From positions 4,294 through 68,293 of the forward strand of contig JBAXLR010000001.1 in assembly GCA_037134655.1 (NCBI GenBank): a DNA stretch of 64,000 bases, given 5' to 3'. The notes below the pieces were generated by a model. It was not told where the DNA came from. It did not search any database and worked only from the letters and a program-made list of their open reading frames with translations. The number at the start of each line of letters is the position of its first letter. Position 1 is the stretch's first letter. This stretch comes from a bacterium (GTDB taxonomy: Bacteria > Bdellovibrionota_B > Oligoflexia > Oligoflexales > RGVZ01). Position numbers and translations under genes: made by a program. Of this stretch, positions 54,900-63,680 are shown piece by piece.

Positions 54900-57053
54900 T
54901 CAGGAACGGCTCATCCCGGCTTCCCGAACAACTGGGTCGCGCTTTAAAAATTTTAACGGTGGCAAAAGTACATTTTTATATTTGGTCAAATCCACCTCAT
55001 TGACTGGATACAGCAGGAAGCAATTTAGATCCCCTCGCGTTATTTCGAGCTTTTCAACCCAAACCTTCAATTCGGCCGATGACGGTCCTGAGTCTTGCTT
55101 AGGACCTTTTTGCGAGAAAGCATCGATTTCTTGCTGTTGGCCTTCCAGGGGGAGGTCTGTAATTTGTAGCTTAATGCCCTTGGTTGAGGCCTGCTCAATA
55201 CGCGTGAGCAGATGACTTGCCTTTTTGACCAATTCTTTATTTGAACTCTTTAACGAGCCTTGAAGATGCTTCGCGGCCATTTCTAGATCGCCGTAGCGAG
55301 AATAGCCAAGACCCAGATTATACATGACTGCAGCTCGCTTTTCTTTCCAGGATACCGGAATTACGTTGAGCGCATCCTCGTAGAGTTTAATGCCTTCATC
55401 AAAGCGGCCGCGATGCACAAGCGCAATAGCCCTGGCATTCATCGCAGCTATAAAACGTTCGCCTTTGTCTAAACTAGATAATATTTGCCGCGAGGCTGAT
55501 ACGTCTCCGGCAGACAACTTAAGTAAGGCTGCGTGCTCAGCGACAGCCTCATTTGTTCCATCAAGAGATTTCGCTCGGTCCACCGCTGACTGCGCAGCGG
55601 GAATATCACCTTTATTGAGATGAATTTGACTCATGGCTATCAGCCTATCGATATTTTTTGGAGACTGCGCCTGCGCTTTCTCGAAAAATTTGAGAGACAT
55701 CTCATAGTCTTTTTTATACAAAAAAATCTTACCAAGTAAGTTCAATGCCGAAATCGATCCCTGACTTTTCTCAAGGGCTTGCAAAGCTTTCCGGGAAGCG
55801 TCATCTAGTCGTTGATTCGCAAAATCAAATTCAGCCTGTAACTCCAACTTCACAGCCGCTTCAATGCGCACGTCTAAGATTACGTGTGCCAACAGTCGCT
55901 CAGCTTCTCCAAGTCGCCCCATGTCTATGGCTCTAATGATTTTTGCGTGTAGCGATTTTTGCTCAGTGGGTCGCACATTCTCCTGCATTACAGAAACAAT
56001 TGTTTTGAAAAAGATCTGACCGTCGAAGGGCTTTTCCAGCACATCATCAACACCGATTTCTCGCAGCAAAACACGATCCTCCGGCCCAACGAGAGAGCTG
56101 CATACAAGTGTCAACGTATCAAATGCTCGAGCCTGCCTTAGGCGCTGTATCAAAAACGGCCCAGGTAAATCGGGTATGCGCCATTCGCAGATGAAAAGCT
56201 TGGGCGGGGGGTTGGCCGTGAGCCAATCCATCGCCTCACTCCCAGTTTCGAACGTTTCAACAGACTTAACACCAGCGTCAGTTAAAAGATTTTTTATTGC
56301 AAAAAGAACATCTGTATCGGGATCAACGACAACAACCGAATGTAACTTTAGAACATCCTCCCTTTGAGTCGATGTACTTTTTGCTCCATTTGCATTAACA
56401 CCTAGCTTTTGCATTTTCTTTGCTAGGAGCTGCCCAGCGCGTTTATCAATAAGCTGAATTTGTTGGGCTAATGATGACGCCAAGTCCTGCTGCCCACAGT
56501 AGGCAAGTGACTCCACTAAATTTGATAGTACGAAAGTTGAACCCGGGAACAAAGAAAGATAAGTTTGATCAAGCTTTAGAAGATCTTGATAGTTTTTGGT
56601 CTCGATTAAATGCAGCCTCAAAAAGAACGAAGAGACCAGGCTGGCTTCCCCTGAATAAAGCCGATCAAGGAAAAATATTTGATCAAAGCTTCGCTCCAGA
56701 TCATCGCGAACATAGTTGTTGGCATGGGATGAAAACAATCCAAGCGCAAATGCCAGAGAAAGAAACTGACTTTCCGATGTAGGATCATAAAGAAGGCTGA
56801 CTCGTAACTTGCGCAAAACCGGCTCAGCCCTAACGAGGTTTAAAATTTTCAAAGTATTAATATTCGCGCCAAGATCAAACGGCGCAATGAGCCAGTCCAC
56901 ATGCTCAACCTCAAGAAAATGAATCGCCTCCTCGCCACCCGCTACTGCTTGGATATCTGTCATTCCACGATTTTTCAATACATCTAGCAGCATATGCCGA
57001 ACAGAGCTCACGGGATGAACCACTAAGACTTTAAGATTTTCCATTCCTGCCAT
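54900..57053 (-). CDS. dual pseudo-receiver + TPR-repeat signalling protein
   Basis: Two CheY-like domains with non-canonical acceptor positions (WLIAPFDL; LFICEWRIPDLPG has Glu where Asp is expected). These are followed by multiple TPR-like repeats. Confidence 0.6.
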   Translation of the reverse strand: MAGMENLKVLVVHPVSSVRHMLLDVLKNRGMTDIQAVAGGEEAIHFLEVEHVDWLIAPFDLGANINTLKILNLVRAEPVLRKLRVSLLYDPTSESQFLSLAFALGLFSSHANNYVRDDLERSFDQIFFLDRLYSGEASLVSSFFLRLHLIETKNYQDLLKLDQTYLSLFPGSTFVLSNLVESLAYCGQQDLASSLAQQIQLIDKRAGQLLAKKMQKLGVNANGAKSTSTQREDVLKLHSVVVVDPDTDVLFAIKNLLTDAGVKSVETFETGSEAMDWLTANPPPKLFICEWRIPDLPGPFLIQRLRQARAFDTLTLVCSSLVGPEDRVLLREIGVDDVLEKPFDGQIFFKTIVSVMQENVRPTEQKSLHAKIIRAIDMGRLGEAERLLAHVILDVRIEAAVKLELQAEFDFANQRLDDASRKALQALEKSQGSISALNLLGKIFLYKKDYEMSLKFFEKAQAQSPKNIDRLIAMSQIHLNKGDIPAAQSAVDRAKSLDGTNEAVAEHAALLKLSAGDVSASRQILSSLDKGERFIAAMNARAIALVHRGRFDEGIKLYEDALNVIPVSWKEKRAAVMYNLGLGYSRYGDLEMAAKHLQGSLKSSNKELVKKASHLLTRIEQASTKGIKLQITDLPLEGQQQEIDAFSQKGPKQDSGPSSAELKVWVEKLEITRGDLNCFLLYPVNEVDLTKYKNVLLPPLKFLKRDPVVREAGMSRS

Positions 57054-57065
57054 AAATCTGAACTT

Positions 57066-57815
57066 CTACTCGTTATGGTGGTTGGGGATAAAAGGAATAA
57101 GTTTCTGGTTAACAATGTAGGCGATAACGCTGTCCCGACAACTTGAGTCCAAACTTGAGATGGCCAAACCAGCTTCGACACTCAACGGTTTTTCAGGGTG
57201 CAAGCGCCTCCAAACAAGAGTCGCAGATCCCTCTAGATGTTTCACATCACCAGTCAAGAAACTAAATTCGTAGTCGACGTTTGAACCCAAGGGAATTTCC
57301 CCCAACTCCTGAAAACCCTGGACATAAAACCCGCCCCTTCCAAGGCAGATGCCGAGATTAGCGCTTAAATCCCCAACCGTACTAAATTCACCAATGATTT
57401 TTTGGGAGGATGGCGGCTGTGTTGAACTCCAACGCGTTGCTGCGGGTAGCAATGCATTGTGAATCGCTTTCTCGAGGACTTGGCTACTGAATGGCTTTGC
57501 AATAATGCCATCAGCACCCATGTCGTATGCCTCTTCGATACTAAAATCTGAAAACCCACTCATGAACAAAAATGGAGGTGACTGCGGATTTTTTTTACGC
57601 AGTTCTGTCAGCAATCTCGCGCCGTCCCACCCAGGCATTCGTATGTCTGAAATAATTAAGTCAAACGATTTGTTACCCGCCGCCTTGAAGCCTCTCTCTC
57701 CGTCCTCGGCTGTCGAGGTCTCAAAACCCATCGCCTGAAGTTCTGCTTCAGCTGCTTCGCGAAAGCTTTTTTGATCTTCGACAATTAAGATCCGAGATTT
57801 TGACGATTTATTCAT
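57066..57815 (-). CDS. response regulator (canonical receiver) with C-terminal PilZ-like beta-barrel domain
   Basis: ILIVEDQ, LIISDIRMPGWDG, FMSG and AKPF are the receiver residues. The C-terminal ~110 aa are beta-rich without a clear RxxxR. ATG at 57815 with a GAGGA RBS. Confidence 0.7.
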   Translation of the reverse strand: MNKSSKSRILIVEDQKSFREAAEAELQAMGFETSTAEDGERGFKAAGNKSFDLIISDIRMPGWDGARLLTELRKKNPQSPPFLFMSGFSDFSIEEAYDMGADGIIAKPFSSQVLEKAIHNALLPAATRWSSTQPPSSQKIIGEFSTVGDLSANLGICLGRGGFYVQGFQELGEIPLGSNVDYEFSFLTGDVKHLEGSATLVWRRLHPEKPLSVEAGLAISSLDSSCRDSVIAYIVNQKLIPFIPNHHNE

Positions 57816-58140
57816 ATAAAGATCCTCGACACGTATAGTACTCACCATTGTACGGCCGACGCCTGAGGGTTGTCGAATGACTACATGAGACCATGTCTTA
57901 GCTTATGGTTTTGGGAAACACGACGTTACACATCAACCTAAAATTATGTTTATATTGTTCTATTTTCATTTTTTTCATATTTCGCCAAATACGTTTGGCC
58001 AATCACAAACGGCCCGCCGGGTAGCGGACCCACAAGTTGCGGAGAACTGTGGCCTTACAGGGCTAAGGTTTACCCCCGAGGGCTCCGATCCACCTGCCAA
58101 TCATTGAGACCTTTCTGAAACGCCTAGGGAGTTTGAAATT

Positions 58141-61005
58141 ATGTCTTTCGAAACTCAAACATCATATAACCCAACAGCAGAAATTTCGAAGAACAGTCTT
58201 ACGACGGGTTACAGTAACCCAGATTTATTTCTTTATCGAATCATGCTCGGTTTTTTCTCTGTTGCTCCAGTTTTGAGCGAATATCTGACCTTCCAAATTC
58301 GGGGGGACATTAGTCCCAGTTTCCTTGGAAGCCTTGCGTTAAGTATCAGTAGCTTGGCTATTTTTGTCTGGTCGCAACTTAAAAAAGACCTCAGGCAGAT
58401 GATGGTTCAAACTGCTTTCGTCCATGCAGTCTGCTTGTCGGGGATTTTTTTTAGCTCACCCGAGCTAAAAACAGAACATCTAATCTATCTCAGTATCTTC
58501 CAGCTCGTGATTGGGATGCTCCTTAGCGAAAAAGCCCCAATTTATTCAGCCATATACGCCGTAACCACCTGGAGCATTGCGGTTGGTATTGGAGCTGCGG
58601 GTACTTCCCGGTCAGAAGCGTTTGCCCCCGTTAACGACTTGCCCCAGATATATGCTTGGTTCATTTTCATCGGTTTTCTAAGCATGAGCGTCAGCAACCA
58701 GAGAAGAAGGCAAGAGCATGAGCGTGCCATGCGGACTTCTGAGACAGATGCTCAGAATCATAAATCCATGAAGCTTGAGAGCATTATTAACGAAACTCAA
58801 TCTTTGGCAAAAATCGGTTCCTGGCATTATGAGCCCATCTCTAAATCGCTCACATGCTCACGTGAGATGCGCTTGATTTTTGAAATAGACGAACATCAAT
58901 CGTCCCATGAACTCCTAAGAAGTTGTCTTGCGAAAATTCACCCACACGATACCGGGGCTTTCAAAAAATTAGTTGAGAAAGCAATTTTATCTGGAGAGGA
59001 TTTTTCATACAGTGGCAGAATACTTCTGGATGGTGATGGACGAACGAAACATCTCCAAGTTATGACAAAATCCACAAAAAACTCCGCGGGCGACGTGATT
59101 AGTATTCGTGGCAGTGTCCAGGACAAGACCCGGGACATCCAAGAAGAGGGACGATTCAGCGCCGTCATCGAGGCCATGAGCGAGGGGCTAGTTATTCAAG
59201 ATGATACCGGCGCAATAATAATGCACAACTCAGCCGCACCGGAAATTCTTGGACTAAGTGCGGACCAATTAAATGGCCGGACCTCAATGGATCCAAGGTG
59301 GAGAGCTGTGAGGGAAAACGGCGATCCATTTGAGGGCCAGGATCATCCCGCGATGGTCTGCCTACGCACAGGCAAACCACAGCTTGGTGTTACGATGGGA
59401 CTTCATTTACCAAGTGGTGATTTGAGATGGATTCGAATCAATGCCGTGCCTAAGGCAAATTCACCACACAAACGCGTGGTCTGTACTTTTACCGACATCA
59501 CAGCTCTTGTTGCGGCAAATGATGAGATTCGATTTATACTTGATTCCCTAGGAATTGGTATCTGGCAGTTCAATCCTCGCACGTCAGAGCTATCCTGGGA
59601 TAACTCGATGTATAAACTTTTTGGCGTGAAGCAAGAAGATTTTTCGGGCGACTATCAGGCTTGGGAAGCCATGCTCACACCAGAGTCTCGCTCATCAGCT
59701 ATTCGTGATCTAGATATGGCGCTTCGCGGCGAAAAAGAATTCAACTCCACGTTTGAGATCAAGACCACATCAGACGAAAAACGTTTTATCGCTGGTCGCG
59801 GAAAAGTTCAGCGCGATGAACTTGGGCAGGCTCAGATGATGTTTGGCATAAACTGGGACCGCACCAAGGAAGTGCTTGATGAAAGCGCTATGGAGCGCCA
59901 ACGAGAACTCATCGAGGCCGTGCTAAATAATCTTCCAAACATGGTCTTTGCAAAGGATTACAATAAAAATCTAAGCCTCATATTATTCAATAAGGCAGGT
60001 GAAAAGCTTCTGGGTGTGAACGCCGCAAATCTTATCGGTAAAAATGACCACGATCTGTTCCCAAAACAAGAGGCGGATTTTTTTACATCTAAAGACCGCG
60101 AAGTTTTTGCAAAAAGGGAAACTCTTAAAATTGACCAAGAGATTATTTCCACCCCATCAGGACAGCGCTATTTACGAACCTACAAAGTCCCGACGTATCG
60201 TCATGATGGGACGCCGGATTTGCTGATTGGAATTTCCACTGACATTACCGACGAAGTTAAGATGCAGGAATCTCTTGATGCTGAGCGTGCAAAATCCATG
60301 CATACGGCCAAACTTGCATCCTTGGGTGAACTTGCAGCCGGTGTAGCGCACGAGATCAATAACCCACTTGCGATCATTTCGGGCAACATACCGCTTCTGA
60401 AGCGCTTCAAAGATGACCCTGAAAAACTAAATGAAAAGCTTGAGGCAGTTAAGTCATCAGTGGAACGCATAACCAAAATTGTAAATGGCCTAAGAAAATT
60501 CTCCAGGACCTCAAACGACAATAGCCACACAAAGCACAAGCTAATGAAACTTGTAGACGAGGTCGTCGTACTCACCGACGTTAAGGCTAAGCGCTTTGCC
60601 ACTCCAATCGAATGGGAGTTGACGTCGAATTCTGAAATATCTTGTGACCCCTTTGAAATTCAACAAGTGGTGATCAATCTTATAAATAATGCTGTAGACG
60701 CCGTACAGTCGATGGCAGAAAAGTGGGTTAAAGTTAAGTTATTTGATGAAGAAAGCCAGGTCGTCTTACAGGTTATAGATTCAGGCCCTGGGATATCAGC
60801 CGATGTTGAACTAAAGCTTTTTCAGCCATTTTTTACGACAAAGGCCGTCGGCGAGGGTACAGGTTTGGGACTTTCGATTTCCAAGGGAATCTGTGAGCAA
60901 CATGGCGGGACTCTAACTTTGAATCGTAAGGTTGCGCATACCTGCTTTGAAGTGAGATTTAAAATCGCAGGCGTCCGAGGACTAGGAGGCCAACATGCCG
61001 CTTAA
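58141..61005 (+). CDS. membrane-bound multi-PAS sensor histidine kinase
   Basis: N-terminal TM helices, about 4 PAS-like modules, HisKA (AHEINNPLA) and HATPase_c (NLINNAVDA, DSGPGI, GTGLGLSI). Confidence 0.88.
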   Translation: MSFETQTSYNPTAEISKNSLTTGYSNPDLFLYRIMLGFFSVAPVLSEYLTFQIRGDISPSFLGSLALSISSLAIFVWSQLKKDLRQMMVQTAFVHAVCLSGIFFSSPELKTEHLIYLSIFQLVIGMLLSEKAPIYSAIYAVTTWSIAVGIGAAGTSRSEAFAPVNDLPQIYAWFIFIGFLSMSVSNQRRRQEHERAMRTSETDAQNHKSMKLESIINETQSLAKIGSWHYEPISKSLTCSREMRLIFEIDEHQSSHELLRSCLAKIHPHDTGAFKKLVEKAILSGEDFSYSGRILLDGDGRTKHLQVMTKSTKNSAGDVISIRGSVQDKTRDIQEEGRFSAVIEAMSEGLVIQDDTGAIIMHNSAAPEILGLSADQLNGRTSMDPRWRAVRENGDPFEGQDHPAMVCLRTGKPQLGVTMGLHLPSGDLRWIRINAVPKANSPHKRVVCTFTDITALVAANDEIRFILDSLGIGIWQFNPRTSELSWDNSMYKLFGVKQEDFSGDYQAWEAMLTPESRSSAIRDLDMALRGEKEFNSTFEIKTTSDEKRFIAGRGKVQRDELGQAQMMFGINWDRTKEVLDESAMERQRELIEAVLNNLPNMVFAKDYNKNLSLILFNKAGEKLLGVNAANLIGKNDHDLFPKQEADFFTSKDREVFAKRETLKIDQEIISTPSGQRYLRTYKVPTYRHDGTPDLLIGISTDITDEVKMQESLDAERAKSMHTAKLASLGELAAGVAHEINNPLAIISGNIPLLKRFKDDPEKLNEKLEAVKSSVERITKIVNGLRKFSRTSNDNSHTKHKLMKLVDEVVVLTDVKAKRFATPIEWELTSNSEISCDPFEIQQVVINLINNAVDAVQSMAEKWVKVKLFDEESQVVLQVIDSGPGISADVELKLFQPFFTTKAVGEGTGLGLSISKGICEQHGGTLTLNRKVAHTCFEVRFKIAGVRGLGGQHAA

Positions 61006-62089
61006 TGTTTACTATTTAGACGATGAACAGGCACTTTGCGACGTATTTCGCGATACCTATAGTTCAGATGACGTGCATGTTCTGACATTCACAGATCCAG
61101 CTGCTCTGATCCAACAATCGAAAAAAATGCCGCCGGATCTTGCCTTCTTTGACTATTGTTTGCCCTTCACGACTGGAGATAAAGTCGCGCAGGCACTTGA
61201 TCCAATAATCCCAAAGGTTCTGGTCACCGGTGATACTGGGCTTGTCAGCGACTATCCGTTTGTCAAAGTCATTTATAAGCCATGGGATGATAACGATGTT
61301 ATTCAAATTTTAGATGCAGCACTAGACAAGAAAAAATGCAGAATTAAGAGTGAAACAATTCCTGAGATTATAGCCTCTGAGAAAGCCGTTTGTTTGGATG
61401 TAGGCGTCGGTCATATCGCGCATGAACTTAATACGCCACTTGCTGTAATCAAGATGCGGGCTCACCAACTAACAACATTATTAGAAAAAGACCTCCTAGC
61501 CGCGAACATCAAAGAAGAAGTCTCACGACTTGCGGGCATTATCGAGGGCACAATTGATGAGATGACGACGTCACTTCGGGAGATGCGCGACGCTGTGAAG
61601 ATGGATACCGCTGAGGTATCGCAGGCTTGTGATATTCGCGAGTCGCTTGAAATCGCAAGTCACATAATTAAGCGAAGCGAAAATCAAATCAAACTTGACG
61701 TAACTAAACTTGATTTTGGCGTTAACGCGATGTGTAAGCCTCAACAAATGATACAGATCTTCATGAACACCCTAGGGCATCTAATCTCTTTGAACGCGGT
61801 AGCTAATCCTAACAACAAGATATCGGTTACATCAGATCTTGCCGGTGGCAAAATTTTGATTCGCATGAGTATAAATTTAACGCTGCTGCCCACAGACGCC
61901 AAAGATGAGATGCCATATGACTCGTTGTATCTGTTTAAAGGTAGTCGCAAAACTAGGGGCCTAGATCTGGCTATCGCAGAGAAACTTGCAAAGGCTAACC
62001 GCGGCGCAATAGAGACCAGCACGGATGGGGCCAAACATATTGTTGTTTTCAGCCTGATATCTGCGCAGGAGCAACTAAAAAAGGCCTAG
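60995..62089 (+). CDS. receiver + HisKA + degenerate HATPase-like hybrid signalling protein
   Basis: VYYLDDE, LAFFDYCLP, LVTGD and YKPW form the receiver. HIAHELNTPLA is the H-box. The C-terminal GLDLAIAEKL is a weak G2 box. Overlaps the kinase gene by 11 nt. Confidence 0.65.
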   Translation: MPLNVYYLDDEQALCDVFRDTYSSDDVHVLTFTDPAALIQQSKKMPPDLAFFDYCLPFTTGDKVAQALDPIIPKVLVTGDTGLVSDYPFVKVIYKPWDDNDVIQILDAALDKKKCRIKSETIPEIIASEKAVCLDVGVGHIAHELNTPLAVIKMRAHQLTTLLEKDLLAANIKEEVSRLAGIIEGTIDEMTTSLREMRDAVKMDTAEVSQACDIRESLEIASHIIKRSENQIKLDVTKLDFGVNAMCKPQQMIQIFMNTLGHLISLNAVANPNNKISVTSDLAGGKILIRMSINLTLLPTDAKDEMPYDSLYLFKGSRKTRGLDLAIAEKLAKANRGAIETSTDGAKHIVVFSLISAQEQLKKA

Positions 62090-62116
62090 AGTCTAACTCT
62101 AAGCCTTTGATTTTGT

Positions 62117-62166
62117 TGGTAGCGGGGGTAGGACTTGAACCTACGGTCTTCGAGTTATGAGCCCAA
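62117..62166 (-). pseudogene. orphan 3' portion of a tRNA-Met (CAT) gene: anticodon arm, variable loop, T arm, acceptor 3' strand, CCA
   Basis: Minus-strand sense is ttggg-CTCATAA-ctcga-agacc-gtagg-TTCAAGT-cctac-ccccgct-ACCA. No complementary 5' acceptor strand (agcgggg) or D arm lies upstream. Confidence 0.7.
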
Positions 62167-62170
62167 GAAG

Positions 62171-62192
62171 AGGTTTTTCTTCTCTGGAGAAT
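62171..62192. repeat. 22-bp perfect direct repeat, right copy (4 nt from the tRNA fragment)
   Basis: aggtttttcttctctggagaat is identical to 54742-54763. Confidence 0.9.
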
Positions 62193-62229
62193 TCGGAGCA
62201 GTCCGTCGGTTTTAGATGGCTCAGTCGAA

Positions 62230-63183
62230 TCACTCGCCAAAAATAGCAGCATCAAGCCGGTGAAGAGCAGTCGTAAACTCATCCGCAAGCTTCTCGGCTC
62301 GAAAAAGCTCCTCCTTGCGGACAACTGGATCTATGAGAATGAGCTGCTGGCCGACTAATCCATGCTTTTTAGCGCGATTGATATCGTAGTGCATCTGCAG
62401 AGGTCGAGATGCCGCATCTCCAAAGTTTCTGCGCACCAGTGCTGCGAGAGGTGATTCTTTACGGGTGAATTCTATTCCTTCAAAAATTTCGAGAGCCATG
62501 GCAAAAGGCAATATTCCGAGTTCAGCGGCTTGATCAAGCAATGCGACCACTTTTTTTGTCTCTGCAAGTACGCCACCCTGCCAAGGGCCGATTTGATCGA
62601 TAACTTTCTGTAAAAATTTGTCATGGCCCATTTCGTCGTTACGAAAATCTGTCAATGCAACGCTAAACTTTGGATAATTTTTGATTGCTTTCTCGAGTAT
62701 TCGATCGCAATTAGAAGTTACGTAAAAATTTTGAAAAACCATCTTTTGAGCCATATCTTTTCCGGCAGAATCCATATCCATTCTAGGTGATTTTGACTCG
62801 CTCACTGATTGGGCACTAAGTAGCTTACGCCGAAAGTAGGTGAGAGCAGCCAAGCCATCATACTCATCCGGGATATTTGTTTTACTAAAGGCAAAAACAT
62901 TAAAATTATGAGAATCGGTTGTTTCAGAATAATGACTCAGACCGTGAATCCGCACAAATGCGACTGGATAATCAGAAAATGGTGCTAAAAAGCTGGAGAC
63001 ATGCTTTCTGCATTGCGGATCATGAAGGTGTTTAGCGCAATAATTCGCGAAGGATTGGGCTGCTGGATCAACGTCAGCATTAATTGTTAGCCACGGCGTG
63101 AGTAAGGATAGTTGACATCCATCTATCTCAGCCTGAAGTTCTGGATAAGGCTCAAACCTAAGAGAGCTCTGACCCTGCATCAT
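62230..63183 (-). CDS. hypothetical cytoplasmic helical protein (possible haem-oxygenase-like / iron-dependent redox enzyme fold)
   Basis: 317 aa, no signal peptide. FRNDEMGHDKF contains an ExxH-type motif. The start ATG overlaps the upstream lipoprotein stop (ATGA). Family assignment is tentative. Confidence 0.35.
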   Translation of the reverse strand: MMQGQSSLRFEPYPELQAEIDGCQLSLLTPWLTINADVDPAAQSFANYCAKHLHDPQCRKHVSSFLAPFSDYPVAFVRIHGLSHYSETTDSHNFNVFAFSKTNIPDEYDGLAALTYFRRKLLSAQSVSESKSPRMDMDSAGKDMAQKMVFQNFYVTSNCDRILEKAIKNYPKFSVALTDFRNDEMGHDKFLQKVIDQIGPWQGGVLAETKKVVALLDQAAELGILPFAMALEIFEGIEFTRKESPLAALVRRNFGDAASRPLQMHYDINRAKKHGLVGQQLILIDPVVRKEELFRAEKLADEFTTALHRLDAAIFGE

Positions 63184-63512
63184 AACTCCCTAACACAATC
63201 AAATATATTCACCATACGCGCCGGTACAACTTCTTTCACAACAACCCAGCCGTCCCTACAAGGTGGAGTGACGCACGTTTTAATCTTGACCCAATCGCCA
63301 CTTTTATCCTTAAGACCGCAACCCTCCACATAGCGAGTCTCTTCTTTTGTTTTTTTCTTGGATTTCTTCTTGGCCGGCTCGGGTTCTTTTTTTTCAGTTG
63401 CACCCGAGCTGACGGGCTGATCACGGGACACTGCCTCAGAGCCGTCAGCAATGACGCAAGCTGAAGTTAAAAGGCCCGCGAATACACTGCTGGATAATTT
63501 AAAAAGACTCAT
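63180..63512 (-). CDS. small lipoprotein with Lys-rich linker and 4-Cys C-terminal domain (paralog 1)
   Basis: Lipobox LLTSAC. KKKSKKKTKEE linker. YVEGCG...C..PPCRDGWVVVKEVVPAR...C..EL. ATG at 63512 lies 6 nt after GGAG. Confidence 0.55.
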   Translation of the reverse strand: MSLFKLSSSVFAGLLTSACVIADGSEAVSRDQPVSSGATEKKEPEPAKKKSKKKTKEETRYVEGCGLKDKSGDWVKIKTCVTPPCRDGWVVVKEVVPARMVNIFDCVREL

Positions 63513-63680
63513 AAGCATCTCCGAATGTGGAAGAGACAAATCGTGATTCTCGCTTATTGACGTTAGAAAAAGGCTCTCGCACCAAATTTACAAGTCCTGT
63601 ATTAAAAGAACCTATTTCATAATTTAACTTACTATCGTTATCCAAAAAATCTCACCCTTATGTGGAACTCTGAATACGAG

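Noticed and set aside
57980-58100. c-di-GMP riboswitch (GEMM-I), SRP RNA or 6S RNA upstream of the kinase gene
   Set aside because: The conserved cores I remember are absent: GGCAAACC / ACGCAAAGC for GEMM-I and GGAAGCAGCCA for SRP RNA. The segment is kept only as an unassigned structured leader.
62117-62193. A complete 77-nt tRNA-Met gene on the minus strand
   Set aside because: Only positions from the anticodon stem to CCA fold correctly. The sequence where the 5' acceptor strand and D arm should be (aattctccagagaagaaaaacctc) cannot pair with ccccgct. A long-variable-arm or tRNA-Sec layout also fails.
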